DNA from: Macrostomum hystrix
Taxonomy: Eukaryota; Animalia; Platyhelminthes
Length of the DNA stretch: 64,000 nucleotides
NCBI GenBank assembly: GCA_950097015.1
Contig: CATNEN010000038.1
Span: forward strand, 27,962,001 to 28,026,000
Direction of reading: 5' to 3'
Below are positions 1 to 12,450 of this stretch, piece by piece (position 1 is the stretch's first letter; each line of letters opens with the position of its first letter). A program made the position numbers and the translations under genes. The notes beneath the pieces were generated by a model. That model ran no database searches and was not told the DNA's origin. It worked only from the letters and a program-made list of their open reading frames with translations.

Positions 1-1897
1 ATTTCTGTGAATGAGGACTTCTGTGAATGAGGACTTCTGTGAATGAGGATTTCTGTGAATGAGGACTTCTGTGAATGAGGATTTCTGTGAATGAGGACAT
101 CTTTGAATGAGGATTTCTATAAATGAGGATTTCTGTGAATGAGGACGTCTGTGAATGAGGATTTCTGTGAATGAGGACTTCTGTGAATGAGGATTTCTGT
201 GAATGAGGATTTCTATAAATTAGAATTTCTGTGAATGAGGATTTCTGTGAATGAGGACTTCTGTGAATGAGGACTTCTGTGAATGAGGATTTCTGTGAAT
301 GAGGATTTCTGTGAATGAGGATTTCTGTGAATGAGGATTTCTGTACACGAGGATTTCTATGAATAAGGACTTCTGTGAATGAGGATTTCTGTGAATGAGG
401 ACTTCTGTGAATGAGGACTTCTGTGAAGGAGGATTTCTATGAATAAGGACTTCTGTGAATGAGTATTTCTTTGAATAAGGACTTCTGTGAATGAGGACTT
501 CTGTGAAGGAGGATTTCTATGAATAAGGACTTCTGTGAATGAGTATTTCTTTGAATAAGGACTTCTGTGAATAAGGATTTCTGTGAATGAGGACTTCTGT
601 ATATGAGGATTTCTGTGAATGACGACAAAGTGAATGAAGATTTCTGTGAATGAGGAATTCTATAAAGAAGGATTTCTGAGAATGAGGATTTCTGTACTCG
701 AGAATTTCTATGAATGAGGATTTCTGTGAAAGAGGACTTCTTTGAATCAGGATTTCTGTGAATGAGGACTTCTTTGAATGAGGATTTCTGTGAATGAGGA
801 CTTCTTTGAATGAGGATTTCTGTGAATGAGGACTTCTTTGAATGAGGATTTCTATAAATGAGGATTTCTGTAAATGAGGACTTCTGTGAATGAGGATTTC
901 TGTGAATGAGGACTTCTGTGCATGAGGATTTCTGTGAATGAGGATTTCTGTGAATGAGGATTTCTATAAATTAGAATTTCTGTGAATGAGGATTTCTGTG
1001 AATGAGGACTTCTGTGAATGAGGACTTCTGTGAATGAGGATTTCTGTGAATGAGGATTTCTGTGAATGAGGATTTCTGTGAATGAGGATTTCTGTACACG
1101 AGGATTTCTATGAATAAGGACTTCTCTGAATGAGGATTTCTGTGAATGAGGACTTCTGTGAATGAGGACTTCTGTGAAGGAGGATTTCTATGAATAAGGA
1201 CTTCTGTGAATGAGTATTTCTTTGAATAAGGACTTCTGTGAATGAGGACTTCTGTGAAGGAGGATTTCTATGAATAAGGACTTCTGTGAATGAGTATTTC
1301 TTTGAATAAGGACTTCTGTGAATAAGGATTTCTGTGAATGAGGACTTCTGTATATGAGGATTTCTGTGAATGACGACAAAGTGAATGAAGATTTCTGTGA
1401 ATGAGGAATTCTATAAAGAAGGATTTCTGAGAATGAGGATTTCTGTACTCGAGAATTTCTATGAATGAGGATTTCTGTGAAAGAGGACTTCTTTGAATCA
1501 GGATTTCTGTGAATGAGGACTTCTTTGAATGAGGATTTCTGTGAATGAGGACTTCTTTGAATGAGGATTTCTGTGAATGAGGACTTCTTTGAATGAGGAT
1601 TTCTATAAATGAGGATTTCTGTAAATGAGGACTTCTGTGAATGAGGATTTCTGTGAATGAGGACTTCTGTGCATGAGGATTTCTATAAAAAAGGATTTCA
1701 GTGAATGAGGATTTCTGTGAATTAGGATTTCTGTAAATGAGGATTTCTGTAAATGGGGATTTCAGTTTATGAGGATTTCTGCGAATGAGGATTTCCGTTT
1801 ATGAGGATTTCTGTAAATGAGGGTTTCTGTAAATGAGGATTTCTGTGAATGAGGGTTTCTGTGAATGAGGATTTCTGTGAATGAGGATTTCTGTGAA
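1..1897. repeat. 16-bp minisatellite (GAGGATTTCTGTGAAT)n with a 751-bp higher-order duplication
   Basis: Unit read directly; variant units recur at offset 751 (211/962, 921/1672; identical ORFs at 437 and 1188). Confidence 0.97.
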
Positions 1898-2373
1898 CTA
1901 GTATGATGATTCTAATTTCAGAGCTTTATAAAATTAGGTCTGATTGGATAAGTTTTGTTTTATTTACTAAAATTCTTTCTGCATTCACTGAAACTTTAAC
2001 TCAAAATTTGCTTGTTCCACATAATATTAATCAGCCAATCGGATAGCGCCTCTCATTCTCTGGACCCCCAGATGTTGTCTGCCTGTCCCGTCCACACTAT
2101 CTATTATCGATTTTCACCCCTGCCCCTTCGCGCCAATCGCTCTCCAGTTTTGCCTAGCCCGCAGCAAGTACATTCTGTCTACCCCCTTCATTTATCGATC
2201 GTTTTATCGATTACTATCGATAGCAGTGTTTTAATTGAGCAAACCTGACGCTGCGAATTCGAACTCAGGAACACCTTGCCAATAACAGAGTATAGAGTAG
2301 CATAATGACAGTGTATTTAAAAGCAACTTTTATCCAGCACCACACAGGTGAACTGAAATTTGAGTTCATTCAT

Positions 2374-2718
2374 TCACGACCTTCTTCTGTCGCACCTGCC
2401 CCTCCTGAGGCTGCGAATGCCGGCACAATTGGCCCTGCATTCGTTGCTGTAGGTCTTGCCATCGATGCCGCACACCGGCATGTAGATGCGGAAGCAGGGA
2501 CAGGACCTGAGCGACTTGCAGTAGCCGAACTTGGCCTTGGAGACTCCGGCGCAATGCGCCTCGCACTCGCTCGAGTAGTCCTTGCCATCAGTGCCGCACA
2601 CTGGCTGCTTGCAGTCGGGACAGTTGCAGCCTCTAATGTCCGCAGACACGTTTGGCAGACATTGCAGACTGACCAGAGCTCCTAGGAGCAGCAGAGGCAC
2701 GCACCGGGCGATCAGCAT
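2374..2718 (-). CDS. Secreted two-domain Kazal-type serine protease inhibitor (type A, copy 1)
   Basis: Hydrophobic signal peptide; two CxC...PVCGxDGKxYxxxCxAxC...GxC domains of the short bdellin/LDTI-like Kazal type; intronless. Confidence 0.93.
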   Translation of the reverse strand: MLIARCVPLLLLGALVSLQCLPNVSADIRGCNCPDCKQPVCGTDGKDYSSECEAHCAGVSKAKFGYCKSLRSCPCFRIYMPVCGIDGKTYSNECRANCAGIRSLRRGRCDRRRS

Positions 2719-3418
2719 GGTCGATGTGGCAATGAGCTCTGAATCACCGTATTCACGAGTTTGAGCTGATGTTTGAGGTACCCAGATTTCAATGCCTTTT
2801 ATGCATGTAGGGCACGTTGCAACTGATTAGCATGTGGCATCTCTCTGCTATGCAATACCCTGGGCCCGCACCACAAGCTCCAGGTGTGCTGTTCTAACAT
2901 GAACGATGATAGAAGTTAATATCTTGCAATAGTAGAAATTCTCTAATTTTTCTTGCGGTAGAAAGACTATGGGGCATTTTAAATGCCTGGCTATTTTCGA
3001 TTGACCAAAATGTTTTTTTTCCAAATTTGAAATAACATGTATTCGCTATACAGAGCAATCTTAGTTGTCCTTGCCACCAGGGTCTCTGGCAGGAATAGCT
3101 GAATATCTCGACGATGTTGACTCAGACGGCTCGGAAAAAATAGTTCATCGTAAATCGTTAACGGCGGAAAATATTCATTCTGATGGCGGAATTTCACGAA
3201 AATTGGTCATTCGGTTTGGGAGCTACCGTTAAGTAGGCAGTAATGTGTTGAAATATCCCCGTGTTTTTTCCTGAGGGAGAAAAATATAGTGGCATTTGCA
3301 CTGTTTCAATAAAATACTTTTGCGTCTTGAAAGTATAATTTTTGCTTTCACTTGTCGGTTTTCTAATGTGTTATCAACAGAAATTATTCGAAACAACTAT
3401 GACAGAAAGTCCCCAAAT

Positions 3419-4760
3419 TATTGCTGTCATTCTGTCTGTCAAATCCCAATCGAATTGCTGTCATTCTGTCTGTCAAATCCCAATCGAATTGCTGTCATTC
3501 TGTCTGTCAAATCCCAATCGTATTGCTGTCATTCTGTCTATCAGATCCCCATTGTATTGCTGTCATTCTGTCTGTCAAATCCCAATCGTATTGCTGTCAT
3601 TCTGTCTATCAGATCCCCATTGTATTGCTGTCATTCTGTCTGTCAAATCCCAATCGTATTGCTGTCATTCTGTCTATCAGATCCCCATTGTATTGCTGTC
3701 ATTCTGTCTGTCAAATCCCAATCGAATTGCTGTCATTCTGTCTGTCAAATCCCAATCGTATTGCTGTCATTCTGTCTATCAGATCCCCATTGTATTGCTG
3801 TCATTCTGTCTGTCAAATCCCAATCGAATTGCTGTCATTCTGTCTGTCAAATCCCAATCGTATTGCTGTCATTCTGTCTATCAGATCCCCATTGTATTGC
3901 TGTCATTCTGTCTGTCAAATCCCAATCGAATTGCTGTCATTCTGTCTATCAGATCCCCATCGTATTGCTGTCATTCTGTCTGTCCGATCCCCATCGAATT
4001 GCTGTCATTCTGTCTGTCCGATCCCCATCGAATTGCTGTCATTCTGTCTGTCAAATCCCAATCGAATTGCTGTCATTCTGTCTGTCAAATCCCAATCGTA
4101 TTGCTGTCATTCTGTCTATCAGATCCCCATTGTATTGCTGTCATTCTGTCTGTCCGATCCCCATCGAATTGCTGTCATTCTGTCTGTCCGATCCCCATCG
4201 AATTGCTGTCATTCTGTCTGTCAAATCCCAATCGAATTGCTGTCATTCTGTCTATCAGATCCCCATTGTATTGCTGTCATTCTGTCTGTCAAATCCCAAT
4301 CGAATTGCTGTCATTCTGTCTGTCAGATCACCATCGTATTGCTGTCATTCTGTCTATCAGATCCCAATCGAATTGCTGTCATTCTGTCTGTCAGATCCCC
4401 ATCGAATTGCTGTCATTCTGTTTGTCAGATCCCCATTGTATTGCTGTCATTCTGTCTGTCAGATCCCCATTATATTGCTGTCATTCTGTCTGTCAGATCC
4501 CCATTATATTGCTGTCATTCTGTCTGTCAGATCCCCATCGAATTGCTGTCATTCTGTCTGTCAGATCCCCATCGTATTGCTGTCATTCTGCCTGTCAGAT
4601 CCCCATCGAATTGCTGTCATTCTGTCTGTCAGATCCCCAAATTATTGCTGTCATTCTGTCTGTCAGATCCCCATCGAATTGCTGTCATTCTGTCTGTCAG
4701 ATCCCCATCATATTGATGTCATTCTGTCTGTCAGATCCCCATCGAATTGCAGTCATTCTG
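3419..4760. repeat. 34-bp minisatellite (ATTGCTGTCATTCTGTCTGTCAAATCCCAATCGA)n
   Basis: Unit read directly; gives a 34-aa periodic translation in all three + frames. Confidence 0.97.
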
Positions 4761-4990
4761 TTGGTCTTGCAATATCATAACATACGAGAGCCTTAATATT
4801 AAATGTAAATTAAATCAAATTTTCAGAGATGCGAGCTGTTGTTTATTCTGGAAACCTAGCTTCGCATGCTCAGTTTTCAACTCTAAATTATCAACTAATT
4901 AGCACTCCGAATTAATGTAATTGGAGGCAAACACACCGATATAATTGTTTGAGTGTGCCCATGGGCTTTGCACAGCGTGCCCCGCACCTG

Positions 4991-4997
4991 TATAAAA
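4991..4997 (+). promoter_or_regulatory. TATA box of Kazal B copy 1 (mirror at 8375-8381, minus strand)
   Basis: TATAAAA 100 bp upstream of ATG 5091; equivalent CATAAAA upstream of Kazal A (10714) and TATAAAA upstream of Kazal C. Confidence 0.7.
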
Positions 4998-5090
4998 GGC
5001 ATCGAACTCGGGGGTATCGGACAGCTCCACACTTGACTTTGAGCCATCTACTCATCTCGTAAATCGGTAGCTCATCGCCACACATCAACA

Positions 5091-5432
5091 ATGCTGATCA
5101 ACCGGTGCGTGCCTCTGCTGCTCCTAGGAGCTCTGGTCAGTCTGCAATGTCTGCCACAAGTGACTGCAGCTATTAGGGGCTGCACATGTCCAGATCACAA
5201 GCAGCCAGTGTGCGGCACTGATGGCAAAGACTACTCGAGCGAGTGCGAGGCCTTCTGCTCCGGAGTCTCCAAGGCCAAGTTCGGCTACTGCGGCACTGGC
5301 AGGGTCTGCTCCTGCGACCGAATGTTGTCGCCGAGATGCGGCATCGACGGCCAGACCTACGGCAACTACTGCGAGGCCGAGTGCGCTGGAATTTTCAGCT
5401 ACCGGCGAGGCGAATGCGGCAAGCCCTGGTGA
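5091..5432 (+). CDS. Secreted two-domain Kazal-type inhibitor (type B, copy 1)
   Basis: Signal peptide; CTCPDHKQPVCGTDG and CSCDRMLSPRCGIDG domains with six Cys each. Confidence 0.93.
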   Translation: MLINRCVPLLLLGALVSLQCLPQVTAAIRGCTCPDHKQPVCGTDGKDYSSECEAFCSGVSKAKFGYCGTGRVCSCDRMLSPRCGIDGQTYGNYCEAECAGIFSYRRGECGKPW

Positions 5433-5951
5433 AGCGGAGTTCATCAACTTCTTGCTTCTCGCAGTGTCAGACTGCTGCTGTTGTTGCTGTTTTATGAGGC
5501 CAATCTGTTTTTAAATACAATGCCACTAGAGTTCAATGATCTTGTTCGGTCTCTGGTTATTCCAAGCTAAAAATCGAGTGGCTTTTTGTTTGTTTTTCTT
5601 CTTAACTTAGCATGAGCAGTATTATTATTATTAATATTATTATTATTATTGAGGTGCGCACGCCGATTGGGTGCTGATGTTTTTGTTTATTTGATGTGTT
5701 AGGCTGAACATTTCGATTTTTTAAAGAAAGCGACAGGAAAACAGTAGGCGCATGCATAAGATTAATTTTAGGTGAATGAAATATTTGACAAAGAAACAAA
5801 TTTTTGAAATAAACAAAGGTATTAAAACAAAAAATGAAATATTGAAATTTAAAGAGAAAATTAAAACTGACTGAAATCACTTCGCTCCAGAAAGGAGAAT
5901 ATAGCTATTGTGTTTTCGCATTCTAACTATGGGCCTCAGGGCAGTGGCTTT

Positions 5952-6300
5952 TTATCTTGCTTTAAGTTTGCTTTCTATGAAGTCCACAAAACTGTCTGTT
6001 AATTCTGTGCTTTCCTGTGTCATTAAATACACTATTTTGTCATCAGCTGTTAGGCTTTCGAAATTTCGAACAGTGCCTGCCACTTTCTCTATGAATTTAT
6101 TTCTAATTGGAACATAAACGGACCAATCGCATCTAAAGAGAATTTGAGTTTCGTTCTCTACCTCGACTCTACATTTTGGACATGTTCTGTTTTCATAGGC
6201 GGTTTTCGGTCTCACAGTGCGCAATGTCTCACAGGCCAGTTTGTGGCTTCCTAGACGAAATCGGGACATTGTGCGCCTTTGTTCTGGGTTAGTGATTATT
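5952..6300 (-). mobile_element. 3' fragment of a non-LTR retrotransposon ORF2 (C-terminal Cys-rich region)
   Basis: SRFRLGSHKL..E...R.CPKC...VENE..ILF.C matches the C-terminal motif of LINE ORF2 proteins; no RT present. Confidence 0.75.
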
Positions 6301-6696
6301 GTTAGAAGTGGCTGAGCTTGGCTGATTTTCCCATCCTCTGAGTCCGGTGCCTTCGAAACTCTGACTCAAAGTTCTCCCTGTGCGTTTTGATGGACTTTGT
6401 TTTTCTAGTCTGTTGACAATTCCGCATTACTTCACTATTCATTTTTCCCCAATGCCAACATCGCTGTATTCTGTACCTGCCTCTGTATTAGCTTCTATAT
6501 TAGCTCAACGTGCTATTGCGCGGTGCATCTGAATGTTGCATTAGGCTGTTCAGTCCATGGACTGGGAGATGCCACACCCACCCTCAATCACACCAGCTCA
6601 TGATGGGGTGAATTGAAGCAATTCAGAATTAATCGTCTTACTACAGTCGAGAAAATGAAAATGAACAGTCTAGAAAAAAAACGTGACGGGTTTTTA

Positions 6697-6870
6697 GCCT
6701 AGTGGGTCGTGGGTTCGATTCTCGACTGTAGTAAGACGATTAATTCTGAATTGCTTCAATTCACCCCATCATGAGCTGGTGTGATTGAGGGTGGGTGTGG
6801 CATCTCCCAGTCCATGGACTGAACAGCCTAATGCAACATTCAGATGCACCGCGCAATAGCACGTTGAGCT
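6697..6870 (+). mobile_element. Degenerate tRNA-derived SINE spanning the palindrome centre (truncated mirror ~6500-6653, minus strand)
   Basis: B-box GGTTCGATTC; shares GAGGGTGGGTGTGGC..CCAGTCCATGGACTGAACAG with the SINE at 12.2-12.45 kb. Confidence 0.7.
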
Positions 6871-7071
6871 AATATAGAAGCTAATACAGAGGCAGGTACA
6901 GAATACAGCGATGTTGGCATTGGGGAAAAATGAATAGTGAAGTAATGCGGAATTGTCAACAGACTAGAAAAACAAAGTCCATCAAAACGCACAGGGAGAA
7001 CTTTGAGTCAGAGTTTCGAAGGCACCGGACTCAGAGGATGGGAAAATCAGCCAAGCTCAGCCACTTCTAAC

Positions 7072-7420
7072 AATAATCACTAACCCAGAACAAAGGCGCA
7101 CAATGTCCCGATTTCGTCTAGGAAGCCACAAACTGGCCTGTGAGACATTGCGCACTGTGAGACCGAAAACCGCCTATGAAAACAGAACATGTCCAAAATG
7201 TAGAGTCGAGGTAGAGAACGAAACTCAAATTCTCTTTAGATGCGATTGGTCCGTTTATGTTCCAATTAGAAATAAATTCATAGAGAAAGTGGCAGGCACT
7301 GTTCGAAATTTCGAAAGCCTAACAGCTGATGACAAAATAGTGTATTTAATGACACAGGAAAGCACAGAATTAACAGACAGTTTTGTGGACTTCATAGAAA
7401 GCAAACTTAAAGCAAGATAA
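7072..7420 (+). mobile_element. Mirror copy of the LINE ORF2 3' fragment
   Basis: Translation identical to 5952-6269. Confidence 0.75.
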
Positions 7421-7939
7421 AAAGCCACTGCCCTGAGGCCCATAGTTAGAATGCGAAAACACAATAGCTATATTCTCCTTTCTGGAGCGAAGTGATTTCA
7501 GTCAGTTTTAATTTTCTCTTTAAATTTCAATATTTCATTTTTTGTTTTAATACCTTTGTTTATTTCAAAAATTTGTTTCTTTGTCAAATATTTCATTCAC
7601 CTAAAATTAATCTTATGCATGCGCCTACTGTTTTCCTGTCGCTTTCTTTAAAAAATCGAAATGTTCAGCCTAACACATCAAATAAACAAAAACATCAGCA
7701 CCCAATCGGCGTGCGCACCTCAATAATAATAATAATATTAATAATAATAATACTGCTCATGCTAAGTTAAGAAGAAAAACAAACAAAAAGCCACTCGATT
7801 TTTAGCTTGGAATAACCAGAGACCGAACAAGATCATTGAACTCTAGTGGCATTGTATTTAAAAACAGATTGGCCTCATAAAACAGCAACAACAGCAGCAG
7901 TCTGACACTGCGAGAAGCAAGAAGTTGATGAACTCCGCT

Positions 7940-8281
7940 TCACCAGGGCTTGCCGCATTCGCCTCGCCGGTAGCTGAAAATTCCAGCGCACTCGGCCTCG
8001 CAGTAGTTGCCGTAGGTCTGGCCGTCGATGCCGCATCTCGGCGACAACATTCGGTCGCAGGAGCAGACCCTGCCAGTGCCGCAGTAGCCGAACTTGGCCT
8101 TGGAGACTCCGGAGCAGAAGGCCTCGCACTCGCTCGAGTAGTCTTTGCCATCAGTGCCGCACACTGGCTGCTTGTGATCTGGACATGTGCAGCCCCTAAT
8201 AGCTGCAGTCACTTGTGGCAGACATTGCAGACTGACCAGAGCTCCTAGGAGCAGCAGAGGCACGCACCGGTTGATCAGCAT
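7940..8281 (-). CDS. Kazal-type inhibitor type B, copy 2
   Basis: Protein identical to 5091-5432. Confidence 0.93.
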   Translation of the reverse strand: MLINRCVPLLLLGALVSLQCLPQVTAAIRGCTCPDHKQPVCGTDGKDYSSECEAFCSGVSKAKFGYCGTGRVCSCDRMLSPRCGIDGQTYGNYCEAECAGIFSYRRGECGKPW

Positions 8282-8925
8282 TGTTGATGTGTGGCGATGA
8301 GCTACCGATTTACGAGATGAGTAGATGGCTCAAAGTCAAGTGTGGAGCTGTCCGATACCCCCGAGTTCGATGCCTTTTATACAGGTGCGGGGCACGCTGT
8401 GCAAAGCCCATGGGCACACTCAAACAATTATATCGGTGTGTTTGCCTCCAATTACATTAATTCGGAGTGCTAATTAGTTGATAATTTAGAGTTGAAAACT
8501 GAGCATGCGAAGCTAGGCTTCCAGAATAAACAACAGCTCGCATCTCTGAAAATTTGATTTAATTTACATTTAATATCAATGCTCTCGTATGTTTATGATA
8601 TTGTGTGAAATTATGAGTTCTGAGACGAGTAAGTTAGGAGTAGAAACAAGCAGGCATTCATTAGCGTCCGTGCAGTCATATTTATTGTACTCGCACGACT
8701 CAATGGCTGACTCAGCATTTGCTACGAGATTAGGGGTGGGTGCTACAGCGCGAGAGAAAGTAAGCATTGGAAATCTAAAGACAGCACAGTGGGGTGACAT
8801 GGGTGCACGTGAACTATAGCCATGCAGATAGTAAATAGCGAGTATTGAAATGACAATAAACTAGCTGTTTTAGAGTGGCGCGCAAATGGTACTTTTGCTA
8901 AGCTATCCGACCTATTTCAAGACCA

Positions 8926-10097
8926 ACAGAATGACAGCAATTCGATGGGGATCTGACAGACAGAATGACAGCAATTCGATGGGGATCGGACAGACAGAAT
9001 GACAGCAATACAATGGGGATCTGATAGACAGAATGACAGCAATTCGATGGGGATCGGACAGACAGAATGACAGCAATACAATGGGGATCTGACAGACAGA
9101 ATGACAGCAATACGATGGTGATCTGACAGACAGAATGACAGCAATTCGATTGGGATCTGACAGACAGAATGACAGCAATTCGATGGGGATCGGACAGACA
9201 GAATGACAGCAATACAATGGGGATCTGATAGACAGAATGACAGCAATTCGATTGGGATTTGACAGACAGAATGACAGCAATACAATGGGGATCTGATAGA
9301 CAGAATGACAGCAATTCGATTGGGATCTGACAGACAGAATGACAGCAATTCGATGGGGATCGGACAGACAGAATGACAGCAATACAATGGGGATCTGATA
9401 GACAGAATGACAGCAATTCGATTGGGATCTGACAGACAGAATGACAGCAATTCGATGGGGATCGGACAGACAGAATGACAGCAATACAATGGGGATCTGA
9501 CAGACAGAATGACAGCAATTCGATTGGGATTTGACAGACAGAATGACAGCAATTCGATGGGGATCTGACAGACAGAATGACAGCAATTCGATGGGGATCT
9601 GACAGACAGAATGACAGCAATTCGATGGGGATCTGACAAACAGAATGACAGCAATTCGATTGGGATCTGACAGACAGAATGACAGCAATTCGATGGGGAT
9701 CTGACAAACAGAATGACAGCAATTCGATGGGGATCTGACAGACAGAATGACAGCAATTCGATTGGGATTTGACAGACAGAATGACAGCAATACGATGGTG
9801 ATCTGACAGACAGAATGACAGCAATTCGATGGGGATCTGACAAACAGAATGACAGCAATTCGATTGGGATCTGACAGACAGAATGACAGCAATTCGATGG
9901 GGATCTGACAAACAGAATGACAGCAATTCGATGGGGATCTGACAGACAGAATGACAGCAATTCGATTGGGATTTGACAGACAGAATGACAGCAATACGAT
10001 GGTGATCTGACAGACAGAATGACAGCAATTCGATTGGGATTTGACAGACAGAATGACAGCAATTCGATTGGGATTTGACAGACAGAATGACAGCAGT
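8926..10097. repeat. 34-bp minisatellite, inverted copy
   Basis: Reverse complement of the 3419-4760 unit; different length and variant order. Confidence 0.97.
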
Positions 10098-10800
10098 AAT
10101 TTGGGGACTTTCTGTCATAGTTGTTTCGAATAATTTCTGTTGATAACACATTAGAAAACCGACAAGTGAAAGCAAAAATTATACTTTCAAGACGCAAAAG
10201 TATTTTATTGAAACTGTGCAAATGCCACTATATTTTTCTCCCTCGGGAAAAAACACGGGGATATTTCAACACATTACTGCCTACTTAACGGTAGCTCCCA
10301 AACCGAATGACCAATTTTCGTGAAATTCCGCCATCAGAATGAATATTTTCCGCCGTTAACGATTTACGATGAACTATTTTTTCCGAGCCGTCTGAGTCAA
10401 CATCGTCGAGATATTCAGCTATTCCTGCCAGAGACCCTGGTGGCAAGGACAACTAAGATTGCTCTGTATAGCGAATACATGTTATTTCAAATTTGGAAAA
10501 AAAACATTTTGATCAATCGAAAATAGCCAGGCATTTAAAATGCCCCATAGTCTTTCTACCGCAAGAAAAATTAGAGAATTTCTACTATTGCAAGATATTA
10601 ACTTCTATCATCGTTCATGTTAGAACAGCACACCTGGAGCTTGTGGTGCGGGCCCAGGGTATTGCATAGCAGAGAGATGCCACATGCTAATCAGTTGCAA
10701 CGTGCCCTACATGCATAAAAGGCATTGAAATCTGGGTACCTCAAACATCAGCTCAAACTCGTGAATATACGGTGATTCAGAGCTCATTGCCACATCGACC

Positions 10801-11145
10801 ATGCTGATCGCCCGGTGCGTGCCTCTGCTGCTCCTAGGAGCTCTGGTCAGTCTGCAATGTCTGCCAAACGTGTCTGCGGACATTAGAGGCTGCAACTGTC
10901 CCGACTGCAAGCAGCCAGTGTGCGGCACTGATGGCAAGGACTACTCGAGCGAGTGCGAGGCGCATTGCGCCGGAGTCTCCAAGGCCAAGTTCGGCTACTG
11001 CAAGTCGCTCAGGTCCTGTCCCTGCTTCCGCATCTACATGCCGGTGTGCGGCATCGATGGCAAGACCTACAGCAACGAATGCAGGGCCAATTGTGCCGGC
11101 ATTCGCAGCCTCAGGAGGGGCAGGTGCGACAGAAGAAGGTCGTGA
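10801..11145 (+). CDS. Kazal-type inhibitor type A, copy 2
   Basis: Protein identical to 2374-2718. Confidence 0.93.
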   Translation: MLIARCVPLLLLGALVSLQCLPNVSADIRGCNCPDCKQPVCGTDGKDYSSECEAHCAGVSKAKFGYCKSLRSCPCFRIYMPVCGIDGKTYSNECRANCAGIRSLRRGRCDRRRS

Positions 11146-11620
11146 ATGAATGAACTCAAATTTCAGTTCACCTGTGTGGTGCTGGATAAAAGTTGCTTTT
11201 AAATACACTGTCATTATGCCACTCTATACTCTGTTATTGGCAAGGTGTTCCTGAGTTCGAATTCGCAGCGTCAGGTTTGCTCAATTAAAACACTGCTATC
11301 GATAGTAATCGATAAAACGATCGATAAATGAAGGGGGTAGACAGAATGTACTTGCTGCGGGCTAGGCAAAACTGGAGAGCGATTGGCGCGAAGGGGCAGG
11401 GGTGAAAATCGATAATAGATAGTGTGGACGGGACAGGCAGACAACATCTGGGGGTCCAGAGAATGAGAGGCGCTATCCGATTGGCTGATTAATATTATGT
11501 GGAACAAGCAAATCTTGAGTTAAAGTTTCAGTGAATGCAGTAAGAATTTTAGTAAATAAAACAAAACTTATCCAATCACACCTAATTTTATAAAGCTCTG
11601 AAATTAGAATTATCATACTA

Positions 11621-12020
11621 ATTCACAGAAATCCTCATTCACAGAAATCCTCATTCACAGAAACCCTCATTCACAGAAATCCTCATTTACAGAAACCCTC
11701 ATTCACAGAAATCCTCATTTACAGAAATCCTAATTCACAGAAATCCTCATTTACAGAAATCCTAATTCACAGAAATCCTCTTTTACAGAAATTCTCTTTT
11801 ACAGAAATCCTAATTTACAGAAATCCTTATTTTCAGAAATCCTTATTCACAGAAATCCTTATTCACAGAAAGCCTCATAAAATGAAATCCCCATTGACAG
11901 AAATCCTAGCTCATAAATGGAAATCTTCATTCACAGAAATCCTCATAAACTGAAATCCTCATTGACAGAAATCCTCCTAATGGAAATCTTCATTCACAGA
12001 AATTCTCATTCATAGAAATC
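11621..12020. repeat. 16-bp minisatellite, short degenerate inverted copy
   Basis: (ATTCACAGAAATCCTC)n. Confidence 0.95.
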
Positions 12021-12201
12021 TAAACGTATAAACCGTTCTGTTACTAATCCCCATCTACAAGGATATGGCACTTTTGTGTACGTTTATTAAACATCAAAGC
12101 GAGACAAGCACATTTGTAAGCCTGGAATCGTTCGTAGATTAACACATCAGTTTCTAGCCTACAATTGTCTCATCTCTGTGGCTAGCCTAGAAAGGAGGCT
12201 C

Positions 12202-12450
12202 GTATAGTGTATGAGTGGTTAGAGAGCGTCGAACTTACGACCTAAAGGTCGGGGGTTCGTTGCCCGACTTCACTTGTGTTCCTTCGCAAGACACTTACCT
12301 CTGAAAAGCTTCAGTCCATTCAGTTGATAAATGGGTGTCAGCATCAGCTGGGGTAATTGAGGGTGGGTGTGGCGTCACACCAGTCCATGGACTGAACAGA
12401 CGTACGCAGCCTGCAGATGCGCCGCACAATAGCTGCGGCTGTGCTGTCGG
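12202..12450 (+). mobile_element. tRNA-derived SINE with a CORE-like central segment
   Basis: tRNA-like head (TAGTGTATGAGTGGTTAGAG ... GGGGTTCGTTGCCC) followed by GTGTTCCTTCGCAAGACACTTACCTCTG, which resembles the CORE-SINE domain. Confidence 0.7.

Larger units (their letters stand above)
1..12020. repeat. Giant inverted repeat (palindrome 1); left arm ends at 6653, right arm 6719-~12020, 65-bp spacer
   Basis: Mirror ORF pairs sum to 13372 in the inner part (5091+8281) and 13519 in the outer part (2374+11145); CTACAGTCGAGAA (6641-6653) pairs with TTCTCGACTGTAG (from 6719). Confidence 0.97.

Noticed and set aside
3296-4796. 430-490-aa Cys-rich ORFs in three frames (mirror 8898-10221)
   Set aside because: Translation of a stop-free 34-bp minisatellite; same periodic peptide in every frame.
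6654-6718. Palindrome as a missed-adapter sequencing artefact
   Set aside because: The spacer is SINE-like rather than an adapter, and the arms differ by SNPs, an indel and satellite structure; haplotype mis-joining is still not excluded.
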